Virus genome (UHGV): UHGV-0248979
DNA from: a virus
Strand: one strand, 5' to 3'
DNA length: 64,000 nucleotides
Under the pieces are notes generated by a model. The model searched no databases and was not told the DNA's origin. It saw only the letters and a program-made list of their open reading frames with translations. The stretch's first letter is position 1. Each line of letters begins with the position of its first letter. Shown here piece after piece: positions 20,396 to 29,255 of this stretch. Position numbers and translations under genes: made by a program.

Positions 20396-22015
20396 TTATG
20401 GGTTCTTTAATAACGCTTGCGTTGCACGTTTAATCACGTTGTTGATGGGATTGATTTTAAAGTTCCCATCAGAATCGAACCAGTAGTTTTTCGAGTGTAT
20501 CCAGTTCCGGTTTTCCTCGAGCGCTTCCTGGGACATAGGCGCGTTAAACGAGCCGGTATCACCGTCATAGTCACCCCCTAAGCCACCTAAGCGTGAAGGG
20601 TGTGGTGCCATAGACTCAACGAAGGTAGGAACCGACCGGTCAGGGTAGCTGATAGCCCCTCGGGGTTTTTCAGTTTCCCAGTCATCTTCCAGTTCTTTTA
20701 AATATAAAGATGACGTGGTGGTCTCCAATCTTATGGTCGATGAATACGTCGAGCCTCGGCCTGTAACGGGATAACGTGTAACGAAACCGAAATAATCGTT
20801 CCAAAGTTCGTAGCCCGACAAATAAAGCAATTCGACGAGTGTCATACCGTGAACGAATTTTCGGTCAAACGTTTTAGGAAGTTCTTCAATATCGTAGAAC
20901 ACCTTAAAATGTTTGGTGTCTTGGTAAACCAACGCAATGTAGTGGGTGTCATCCAACATAATCGGCTGATGGCGAAGCTCGCGAGCTTCCATTCGGTTGA
21001 TTAAGGATTCAATCCCATCGTCGGTGGTAAAGGTGTCGTATACACGACCACCTACTTCCAAGAATTCACGTTTAAGGGTTTTGGTGTTTACGCCGTAAAG
21101 GTTGCCATCACCAGCACGGATGTTACCGAGGTAACGTTCACGTATTTGGTACTGCGCAACAGGGAGTAATGCTTTTAAACCCTGGTATAAGCCAATTTTG
21201 GTGTCGGTAGGACGAATAGCGTCTTCACGACCCATGCATTTAGACCCCGTCGAGAACGAGGACAATACGTTACGTGTCCCGTTCATTAATTTACGAGACG
21301 TCACTTTACGACGTTGGAAACCCCCTTTACCATCTTGGATGTTAAAGAAATACATCCAGATATCATTGAAGGTTTGTTGAAGTTTCCAGCGTACGGGGTT
21401 AGTTAATTCGACACGGGTTGCTCGGTCAGGGATTGCCCTGGCGAGAGATACCAACCGACGATACATCCCACCGATTTCTTCTTCTTGCTCTCTGCCATCT
21501 TGCCGAATTACTAAATCGCGTAAACCCGCGGGTAACACGAGAACGTATCGACTAAGACTGACGGGGCGGAATTTCAAAAAGAAATCCACGGTTTCGTCAC
21601 GCTGTAGGGACTCGTTACGCTTAGGTTTTAAATCGTTATAGTGACTGAGGAAGAAGTTAAAACCGGTATCTGCGCCTGGGTCTCCCGGCAAGGCCGGTTC
21701 GAAATCTTTTTCTTTTTCGCTCCACGTTGCGTAGCGTTTTCCAGAACAAATTTCTTCGTAGAGTTGTTTGAGTTGGAATAACGCCAAACACACTGTCGGC
21801 GAAATGATATCGAGCTTAATATCGATATAAGAGAATGTAGAGTCTCGCGCTTCACTACCCGTGAGTCCAAAAATCTCTGTAGAGTAAAGACCTTCGGGGT
21901 GAAAGTTTTTTGTTAACCCCTGGAAAGTATCCGTGGTCGTGACGGGTCGTAATCGCGACACAAGAGACTTGTTTACATTGAGCAGATAAAAGTCAACCCA
22001 ATTAAGTTTATTCAC
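20396..22015 (-). CDS. protein with DxDGD (DYDGD) motif; candidate RNAP beta-prime-like N-terminal fragment
   Basis: GTG start with AGGAGAT SD; ...RYPVTGRGSTYSS... and ...LGGLGGDYDGDTGSFNAPMS... near C-terminus resemble YSGRSV and NADFDGD of RpoC. Confidence 0.6.
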   Translation of the reverse strand: MNKLNWVDFYLLNVNKSLVSRLRPVTTTDTFQGLTKNFHPEGLYSTEIFGLTGSEARDSTFSYIDIKLDIISPTVCLALFQLKQLYEEICSGKRYATWSEKEKDFEPALPGDPGADTGFNFFLSHYNDLKPKRNESLQRDETVDFFLKFRPVSLSRYVLVLPAGLRDLVIRQDGREQEEEIGGMYRRLVSLARAIPDRATRVELTNPVRWKLQQTFNDIWMYFFNIQDGKGGFQRRKVTSRKLMNGTRNVLSSFSTGSKCMGREDAIRPTDTKIGLYQGLKALLPVAQYQIRERYLGNIRAGDGNLYGVNTKTLKREFLEVGGRVYDTFTTDDGIESLINRMEARELRHQPIMLDDTHYIALVYQDTKHFKVFYDIEELPKTFDRKFVHGMTLVELLYLSGYELWNDYFGFVTRYPVTGRGSTYSSTIRLETTTSSLYLKELEDDWETEKPRGAISYPDRSVPTFVESMAPHPSRLGGLGGDYDGDTGSFNAPMSQEALEENRNWIHSKNYWFDSDGNFKINPINNVIKRATQALLKNP

Positions 22016-22044
22016 GCTAAATCTCCTGATACGGATTAAACGTT

Positions 22045-25000
22045 ATGGCTAAAAAAGGTAAAGATGATTTCGATGAAATCGATCTTGATAACATGGACGA
22101 CTGGGACGATTTTGATGAGCCCCCTCGTCAACAAGACCAATCGCGTAACCCGGTCATGGACACATTTCGTGCTGCCCGTAAGTCGGCGTTGTCGACTATC
22201 TGGCCCGAAAACAAACGTGATCAGGTTATTTTAAAAGGGATGCCCAAACCTGCGGCAGAAGCCTACGAAGGCTATCAAAACGTTAAAGCTGCAGGTCAAG
22301 ACATTCTGGCCCATACGAAAGACGAGATTGAAAAGACGTCTCGCGTCGTTAAGATGCAAGCGAGACAGTTAGGCCCAACACTGAAACGGTATTTACCGGA
22401 ATCCGTAACACGGAAAATCGACAAGTGGGCACGTAACGATCAAATCGACTATGGGAATTACGATCCTAAACAAGCGATGATGGATCGTGAGCTGGACAGC
22501 GTGTTCTCAGGTGCACCGCAAACAGCGGACCAGCAACGTGAAACGCAAGAAGGGATGGTTGAAGACCGCCTGCGTGACACGATTAAGGACATGAAGTCCG
22601 ACGCACTGTTCCAGACAGTAATCGGTATTGCAAAAGACGTCAACTTAACGACTAGCTTAAGTCGTGGCGTGTTGTTGAATGTTCAGCGTAAGCAGTTAGA
22701 GCTACAATATCGAACATTGTTTGCTTTGCAGGATATTGCGAAACTCAAACAAGACGAGTTTGCACGCAATACACCGGCATTAGAAGCTATCGTTAAGAAC
22801 ACAGCACTGCCAGACTACGCGAAGGAAGAGTTTTCTGAAGTTCGTTGGGCTAATGTAAAACGTAAAGCTGCGGAGTGGATGAACCCCTTACGCTACGCAG
22901 ATAATTTCGTTGATCAGATTCGTGAAAATGCGAAGAAGAAAATCTCGAACATCTTTAGTGACGGCCGTGGAATTCTAGAACAAGTTCTAGGGATGGCTCA
23001 GGAAGATGACTTTGGCATGTCGGACAGCTCATCGTTGTCCCCTGACCGTCGTAACACAAACTCGCGTAATAAAGCGGCAGGTTTTGCAGGTGGTTGGTTA
23101 GCAAAACGGTTCTTACAACCCCAGATCGAGCGTCTCCAAAACTGGACTCGTGGCGAGTTAGAGAAAAATCCAGAAGTAATGAAGCGGTTGGAAAAGCTGA
23201 ATTACATCGTTAGTAATAAATCGTCACTTTCTAACTCAGCTATTGCGGGGGAGTCGAGCGGATGGTTAGCTGACTTTTTCCGCCTGTTGAACGACGTGGG
23301 ATTGGTTAACCCGCTACGTCGCGAAACGTTAGCATTAGACGATCGCTCTGCGGAATCTCTTTCTGCGGCGGCGAAATTCGATCGTAAAGCTTACCTTAGT
23401 ATCACCGAAGTTATTCCGACGTTACTGTCCGAGATTAACAAATCTATCCGTCGTGGATATGGGGAACACCACGATCAGGTTTATGACCTGACCACACGCG
23501 GTATGGTGGATCGTAAAGTTATTGGTAATCGTGTTCGTAAAGCGGTTGCTAATGACGATCAGCGTAAACGTTTACAGACTTACATCAACGATACTGTTGA
23601 CTTTATCGATAAAGATAAAACGCTCGATCGGAAAACACGCCAAGCATTAGCGGACTACATCGAATCTCGTGCCTCAGAAGGGAAAGCGTTCGACGTAGGG
23701 TCTTTATTGAAAGACCCGATGCACATGTATCGGTACATGAACGCAAACGCTGTGGAAGCGATTCAGGGTGTTTTAGAAGCCCGTTCTGCGGAACTGGTTG
23801 GTGGACACCATGAACTGAGCAACGCGATTTCAAACAAAATCGCCGCTATCCAGTCAACGATTCGCGCACGTCAGGACACTGTTGATGCTGCGTCTGTGAT
23901 TTACGGCGAGAATGCACTTCGTGATTCCGGTATTTTTAAATACGATGCGAAGAAAGACATTTTCGAGGTCGATAAGGACATTAACGATCCCTATACGTTA
24001 TTTAATGACCTGTCGATGGGTAAGACCCGCTCTGGACGTTCGTTAACCCGTGAGCAAGAGATTCAGCGTAAATTGCAAAACGGTTCTGCGCTGGGTGATT
24101 ACTTGCGTCGGATGGGTGCAGGCGCAGAGCCGAGCTTTGAAGACAAAGAACTGTCCAATGTACGTGGCGGTGGAAAAGGAGGTCGTGGTCGCGGTTTAAG
24201 CGCACGCCAACTCGCTGCGGTACTTTATGGAGAGAAATCCACTAACTTTGTTGAACTATTAAGCAGTCGTCCAGACACGAACGCCGGGTTGGAGCATCAA
24301 TTCGACCGTTTGATTGATGCTGTACGTAAACAGCCCGAATCTAGCACAGTGCAAGATATCCTCAAACACGTTAAGAACATGGATGAGGAAGGTATTCTCC
24401 TAGCCAGTTTAGGCGGTAGTCGTGATGACGGTGACGAATCTGAAAGTTCGAGTGACTCGGGTCGTAAACGTCGTCGTAAACGCAAACGTATTGTGCTAGG
24501 CGAGACAGGCTTGTTACGCCGTTGGGCTGGAGTGCTTTGGGATACCGGTTCAGGTGTAGGGCGTTTTGGTAAGAATCTGTTCCTACGTGGGAAAGATCGT
24601 CTGCAGGCTTTAGGTGGTTTTATCCGTGGGAAATTCTCAGGCGGCTCCTCCGAAGGACCCGGTGTATTTAGCCGACTGAAAGGGTTAGTAACAGGTACTC
24701 TATCGACAGGTTGGAATTCTGCTGTAGCTTTCGGTAAAGGCGTTTTAGGTGTTCGTGATATTTACGATGAACGTGGCAACGTCGTATTACAAGGAAGTCG
24801 TTTAGAAGCTGGGGAATATTACCAGGCTGACCCGAAAACTGAGAAGCTGATTCAACTTAAAACCCTCGACGATATTAAACTGGGACGTGATATTGTCGAT
24901 GAAGCGGGTAATTTAATCTTAGCTGCTGCTGATTTGGCTGCCGCAGGTAAACTGCGCTTCTACAAAGGTGGTAAAGTTCAAGCGCTTTTCCAGTACATTT

Positions 25001-28000
25001 CTGGGAAAGCAGGAACGGCGGTAAACAAAGCTGTGACTTTACCGAAGAAACTTTTAGGCTTCATTTCACCTAAAGCGGCTTCGTTGTTCGAGAAAGCACG
25101 TGAGTGGCTAAATGAGGTTCCAGAGGGCGCAGAGAAAACCCGTTTACAAAGCATGATTTCCCGTGTAACTGGAATGCCAGCACGTTTGTGGAACAATGCA
25201 AAACGCGGGTTTGAGAAGCTCAAAGAGTTGGCTTCTGATAACCCTCTGACACGTTGGTGGCAGAACCGTAAGGAAGGGGGTTCTGGTGGTGGGTTTAGTG
25301 TGTTCTCATGGTCGAACGGCCGTAAAACTAACCACATCTTAATCCGTATCTACAAACTCCTTAACCGGAGATTGCCAGGTGAACCAGAAGATGATACCTG
25401 GACAGAACAGATGGAACGGAATACGGGAGCCAGCTCAGTTAAAGGATTATTCCAACGTGCTAAGGACATACGTGAAGGGTTCCGTGAACATTTTCGGGGG
25501 TTCCGGGATTGGCGTGGTCGGATGCGTGACAGAATGTCCCGTTATCGCAGTGCGGTAGGTGGTCGTCTTTCTCGTTGGGGCGGTGCCGCACGTGGTTGGT
25601 TTGATCGTTTCCGTGGCCGTGCAAGCGATATGGTCGATACTTTCCGAGACCCACGTTACGATATCGGCACACGTTATCGAATGGAGAGTCGTTTAGCAGG
25701 ACGCGATGACGATGTTGCTGAGTTTTATCGTCAACACATCTACGCAAGAGGCAAGGTGTCTAAAACACGTATCATCGATGCGGCAAAAGAAGACTTAGAC
25801 ACCGTAACGGATAGCGCTGGACGTGTGATTAATAAAGGGAAACAGAAAGCCCGTAGCGTTGGGTCAGCTTTACTGGAACGCCTGAACCGAATGGTTAATC
25901 TTCAGGAAATGTCATGGTTTAACACCATGCGTGATTCTGCGGAAAAAGCAGGTGCTTCGGAAGGTTTGTTAAGAACTATGTTCAGTAAGTTCGGCCAACG
26001 CAATAAGCCGCCTGCCAGTGATGAAAAACGCGATTACTTCCAGTTCTTCCGACGCCGTCGGCGTTCTAAGGAAGAGGAAAAGGCTAAGAAAGAGGCTGAG
26101 AAGAAAGGTGGTAAACGTGGGGTAATGGATTTCCTTAAAGGATTGCCGTTGGTAGGACCAATCGTGAGTATTTTAGGCACAGTGGGTTCAATCTTAGGTA
26201 AACTTGCAAAATGGGGAATCTTCAAGCCGGTTGGATTTGCAGGCAAAGCGTTGTGGAACGTTGGTAAGTTTGCCGTGACCCGTTTGGCTGTCCCTGCGGT
26301 TAGTGCTGTCGCGACAGCTGCATCTGCAGTGGTAACTGCGGTTGGCTGGCCGATTATCGGTTTGGTAGCCGCTGGCGCAGGGTTAACGTGGTTTTATTAT
26401 AAAACTAAAGATCGTGTAAATGCCCAGTATCTGGATAACATGCGATTGGCACAGTACGGTTTTAGAGACCACGATGAATGGTCTTCCGACGACGGTGCAA
26501 AAGCACGTTATTTAGAAGACAACTTGAAACCGTATATCTCTTATACAGAGAACGGTCAAGCGCAGCTGCGTGGTTTGTCCGGTGACGATGTGAAGAAACT
26601 GGCCGAAGGGTTTGGTACTAACGTAGAAGACAAAGGCGAAATGCTGGCGTTTAGTGCGTTTATGCTACAACGTTTTGTGCCGATCTATTTACGTTGGATT
26701 ACAGCGTTACGTTCAATGGATAACGATATCGCGTTAGCTGACGTCGGTAATCCGTCGAAGGTATCAAAAGCAGACATGCTTACCATCTTTAACAAAATGA
26801 AGATGACAAAAGATGCACCTGCTTTTAAATCGCTGACAGACCCCCGTAAAGTTAACCAAGGTTGGTTCTCTAAAGCGTGGGATTTCGTGACCTTCACACC
26901 GGCAGAATTTTTGTCAGGCGAAGAAGTTGTTGAGGCACAAGATCGTGTTTTCCGTTCGATCAACATGCGCCGCGATGATAAGCGTAAGAAAACAACTGGA
27001 GCCGGTGCTGTGCCTGAAGGACATAAGGTTGCTTCTGTGGCAGAATCTTCGCAGGTACTCGCGAAGAACGATACCGAACGTAACGAAACCGTTGCTAAAG
27101 CTGAGGGTTGGGAAGACGGTACTGAACAGGTTCAAATTCAAGTTGACTGGAGAGTATTACCTGAGAAGAAAGATTTGGACGCGATGGAATCCGTCCGTTG
27201 GAAATCTTACGGTGTGAAATCTGTTAATGAGACAACACGTACCCTCTTTAGGTTGCTTGAGAAAGAAGTGTTGAAAGACACGGATATCAAAAATTGCATT
27301 TATAAGGGTGATTGGAAGAAAGCAATTTCTGCGATTGCGCCTGATGCAATTGGCGGTCCAAAAGAGGAGCGTTACAAGAACTGGTTCTATAATCGATTCT
27401 TACCAGTATTCATGACCTACGTTTATGGTGTAAAACGTTACGTACCTCATGCCGATCCGTTGGATTTGAAACTCACGGGGGGTTTCCTCTATGAGCTGGC
27501 ACTGATGATGCGTGGTGCTTACAACATGAAAGGGGGTATCCGTCAGTCTGTGTGGGAAATCGCATTTAACCCGTTAGGAGGCGATGCGAATACTGACGCG
27601 GGTTCGGTGAAGGAAGAATTAGCAACGTTGAAAGAGTTGTCTAAAGAACCTGATCTGGCTGTAAGGAATATGCTCAAAGAAACACCGAGCACGCCTAAGC
27701 GTATGACATGGAAATCACCAGCGACAAACTCCAGTGTCCATCAGACGAATGAAGATAGCAAAGAGCGTTATAAGGGAATTAACAGCTACGGCGAAGCTTC
27801 AAACGACGGATACTTACCAAAAGGTGGTCAGTACGGTACGCCAGGTGACTTATCACAAGTTGTTGGCGATATGGGTATAGGGAACTATGCGAAGTATTCC
27901 ACTGGACAATCTGGTATCACCCTCGGTGAGTTACAAGACGGTGATTACAAATCGTTAGTGACTAAATACCCAAGGGAAATGCTTGGCAAACCGATGCAGT

Positions 28001-29208
28001 CAAATACCGAAGCCATTAAGTCATTGATTATTGACGCGGCAAACATGGTGGGTGTTCCGCCATCCGTTGCGATTGCAATGGCACAAGCAGAATCTGGCTT
28101 ACAGTATGGCAACTACCCTGGCGCATCCTCTGGTAGACCGAGAAGTAATAAGATGTCTGCCGCTGGACTGTTCCAATTTACCAATGGTACTTGGAACGGG
28201 GTTATGAAGCAGTACGCCCGAAGATACGGTATCCCACAAACCGACCAGTTCGACCCGTGGGCTAACGCAATCTTAGGTGTTAACTTCATTAGAGACAACA
28301 TCAAGACCGCACAAAAGGATCTGGGTGGAATTGCCCCACCTCCGGCAGTAGCGTACCTATACCACTTCTTAGGTCCAGGTGGTGGTGCTGAGTTCCTTAA
28401 AGCCTGGAAAACCAATCCTAACGGGTCGCCCGACAAAGTGAAGTATATTACACCTGCTGTTCTTAACGGCAACGAAGGTGTTTTCTATATCATGAACGGG
28501 AAGAAACGCGTTAGGATGCGTACGATCGGTGAGGTTGTCGAGGAACTGAACCGCCGTATGGGCGCGGTTGGAACTAACGAGATTGCGGCAAATCCTGCGT
28601 CTGCGAAAAACATGACAAAAGGGTTATCGCCAGTTCCATCGTCTCCTGCAATTGCTGCTGGCGCAGCTAACGATCCGTCTATTTCTGGTCCGGCAGATAA
28701 CCTGCCAGCCGCGAACGAGGCGAATCGTGACTCCGCTTTAGCAGACAAAGGAGCGATGGGCGCTGAAGATATTAAAGCTGCAACTGGGGGTGGTCCAGCT
28801 GTGCCGAGTCCTGGCGGTGACGTCACGCCAAGTGATGCGTCTGTCGTTGTTGAAACGGTGGGTCAAAATGCGCGTGCTGATGGCCTGGGCGAAGAGGAAG
28901 TTGCCAAAGTAAAAGAAGGTGCTAGACAGCAAATGGAGAAAACAGCTCGTCCTGCGCCAACGGTAACGTCTGATGCACAGACTGCGCCAACGGTGAACAG
29001 CGGTGATCCGATTAGCGTACAGCAGCTGGCGGTTGCAAAAGAGTCTGCGGGTTATCTGAGAGAGATTGTTACAATTCTTCGTCAGCGACCACAGGCTATG
29101 CAGTCCTCCCCAGCTAGTTCGGCGGCTTCTGCCCCGGGGTCAGCATCACGTAACATCGCGGTTGAACAACCTGCCCGCCAACTCGACGTTGGTCGTAAAC
29201 GGGCGTAA
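22045..29208 (+). CDS. giant virion-type protein with transmembrane cluster and C-terminal lytic transglycosylase (SLT) domain
   Basis: 2387-aa ORF; hydrophobic segment ...LPLVGPIVSILGTVGSILGKLAKWGIF...AVGWPIIGLVAAGAGLTWFYY; SLT-like ...AMAQAESGLQYGNY...AAGLFQFTNGTWNG... near C-terminus. Confidence 0.7.
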   Translation: MAKKGKDDFDEIDLDNMDDWDDFDEPPRQQDQSRNPVMDTFRAARKSALSTIWPENKRDQVILKGMPKPAAEAYEGYQNVKAAGQDILAHTKDEIEKTSRVVKMQARQLGPTLKRYLPESVTRKIDKWARNDQIDYGNYDPKQAMMDRELDSVFSGAPQTADQQRETQEGMVEDRLRDTIKDMKSDALFQTVIGIAKDVNLTTSLSRGVLLNVQRKQLELQYRTLFALQDIAKLKQDEFARNTPALEAIVKNTALPDYAKEEFSEVRWANVKRKAAEWMNPLRYADNFVDQIRENAKKKISNIFSDGRGILEQVLGMAQEDDFGMSDSSSLSPDRRNTNSRNKAAGFAGGWLAKRFLQPQIERLQNWTRGELEKNPEVMKRLEKLNYIVSNKSSLSNSAIAGESSGWLADFFRLLNDVGLVNPLRRETLALDDRSAESLSAAAKFDRKAYLSITEVIPTLLSEINKSIRRGYGEHHDQVYDLTTRGMVDRKVIGNRVRKAVANDDQRKRLQTYINDTVDFIDKDKTLDRKTRQALADYIESRASEGKAFDVGSLLKDPMHMYRYMNANAVEAIQGVLEARSAELVGGHHELSNAISNKIAAIQSTIRARQDTVDAASVIYGENALRDSGIFKYDAKKDIFEVDKDINDPYTLFNDLSMGKTRSGRSLTREQEIQRKLQNGSALGDYLRRMGAGAEPSFEDKELSNVRGGGKGGRGRGLSARQLAAVLYGEKSTNFVELLSSRPDTNAGLEHQFDRLIDAVRKQPESSTVQDILKHVKNMDEEGILLASLGGSRDDGDESESSSDSGRKRRRKRKRIVLGETGLLRRWAGVLWDTGSGVGRFGKNLFLRGKDRLQALGGFIRGKFSGGSSEGPGVFSRLKGLVTGTLSTGWNSAVAFGKGVLGVRDIYDERGNVVLQGSRLEAGEYYQADPKTEKLIQLKTLDDIKLGRDIVDEAGNLILAAADLAAAGKLRFYKGGKVQALFQYISGKAGTAVNKAVTLPKKLLGFISPKAASLFEKAREWLNEVPEGAEKTRLQSMISRVTGMPARLWNNAKRGFEKLKELASDNPLTRWWQNRKEGGSGGGFSVFSWSNGRKTNHILIRIYKLLNRRLPGEPEDDTWTEQMERNTGASSVKGLFQRAKDIREGFREHFRGFRDWRGRMRDRMSRYRSAVGGRLSRWGGAARGWFDRFRGRASDMVDTFRDPRYDIGTRYRMESRLAGRDDDVAEFYRQHIYARGKVSKTRIIDAAKEDLDTVTDSAGRVINKGKQKARSVGSALLERLNRMVNLQEMSWFNTMRDSAEKAGASEGLLRTMFSKFGQRNKPPASDEKRDYFQFFRRRRRSKEEEKAKKEAEKKGGKRGVMDFLKGLPLVGPIVSILGTVGSILGKLAKWGIFKPVGFAGKALWNVGKFAVTRLAVPAVSAVATAASAVVTAVGWPIIGLVAAGAGLTWFYYKTKDRVNAQYLDNMRLAQYGFRDHDEWSSDDGAKARYLEDNLKPYISYTENGQAQLRGLSGDDVKKLAEGFGTNVEDKGEMLAFSAFMLQRFVPIYLRWITALRSMDNDIALADVGNPSKVSKADMLTIFNKMKMTKDAPAFKSLTDPRKVNQGWFSKAWDFVTFTPAEFLSGEEVVEAQDRVFRSINMRRDDKRKKTTGAGAVPEGHKVASVAESSQVLAKNDTERNETVAKAEGWEDGTEQVQIQVDWRVLPEKKDLDAMESVRWKSYGVKSVNETTRTLFRLLEKEVLKDTDIKNCIYKGDWKKAISAIAPDAIGGPKEERYKNWFYNRFLPVFMTYVYGVKRYVPHADPLDLKLTGGFLYELALMMRGAYNMKGGIRQSVWEIAFNPLGGDANTDAGSVKEELATLKELSKEPDLAVRNMLKETPSTPKRMTWKSPATNSSVHQTNEDSKERYKGINSYGEASNDGYLPKGGQYGTPGDLSQVVGDMGIGNYAKYSTGQSGITLGELQDGDYKSLVTKYPREMLGKPMQSNTEAIKSLIIDAANMVGVPPSVAIAMAQAESGLQYGNYPGASSGRPRSNKMSAAGLFQFTNGTWNGVMKQYARRYGIPQTDQFDPWANAILGVNFIRDNIKTAQKDLGGIAPPPAVAYLYHFLGPGGGAEFLKAWKTNPNGSPDKVKYITPAVLNGNEGVFYIMNGKKRVRMRTIGEVVEELNRRMGAVGTNEIAANPASAKNMTKGLSPVPSSPAIAAGAANDPSISGPADNLPAANEANRDSALADKGAMGAEDIKAATGGGPAVPSPGGDVTPSDASVVVETVGQNARADGLGEEEVAKVKEGARQQMEKTARPAPTVTSDAQTAPTVNSGDPISVQQLAVAKESAGYLREIVTILRQRPQAMQSSPASSAASAPGSASRNIAVEQPARQLDVGRKRA

Positions 29209-29216
29209 CAGTAATC

Positions 29217-29236
29217 GGGGGTAGGTAACTACCCCC
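29217..29236 (+). terminator. hairpin after the giant gene (putative terminator or attenuator)
   Basis: gggggtag / gtaa / ctaccccc followed by tactttttag. Confidence 0.45.
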
Positions 29237-29255
29237 TACTTTTTAGAGGTATAAA

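Noticed and set aside
20396-22015. TOPRIM primase interpretation of the DYDGD motif
   Set aside because: Not excluded, but the motif lies about 35 residues from the C-terminus, leaving no room for the rest of a TOPRIM domain, whereas an RNAP beta-prime-like fragment ending shortly after the catalytic loop is compatible. Kept as the alternative hypothesis in the finding.
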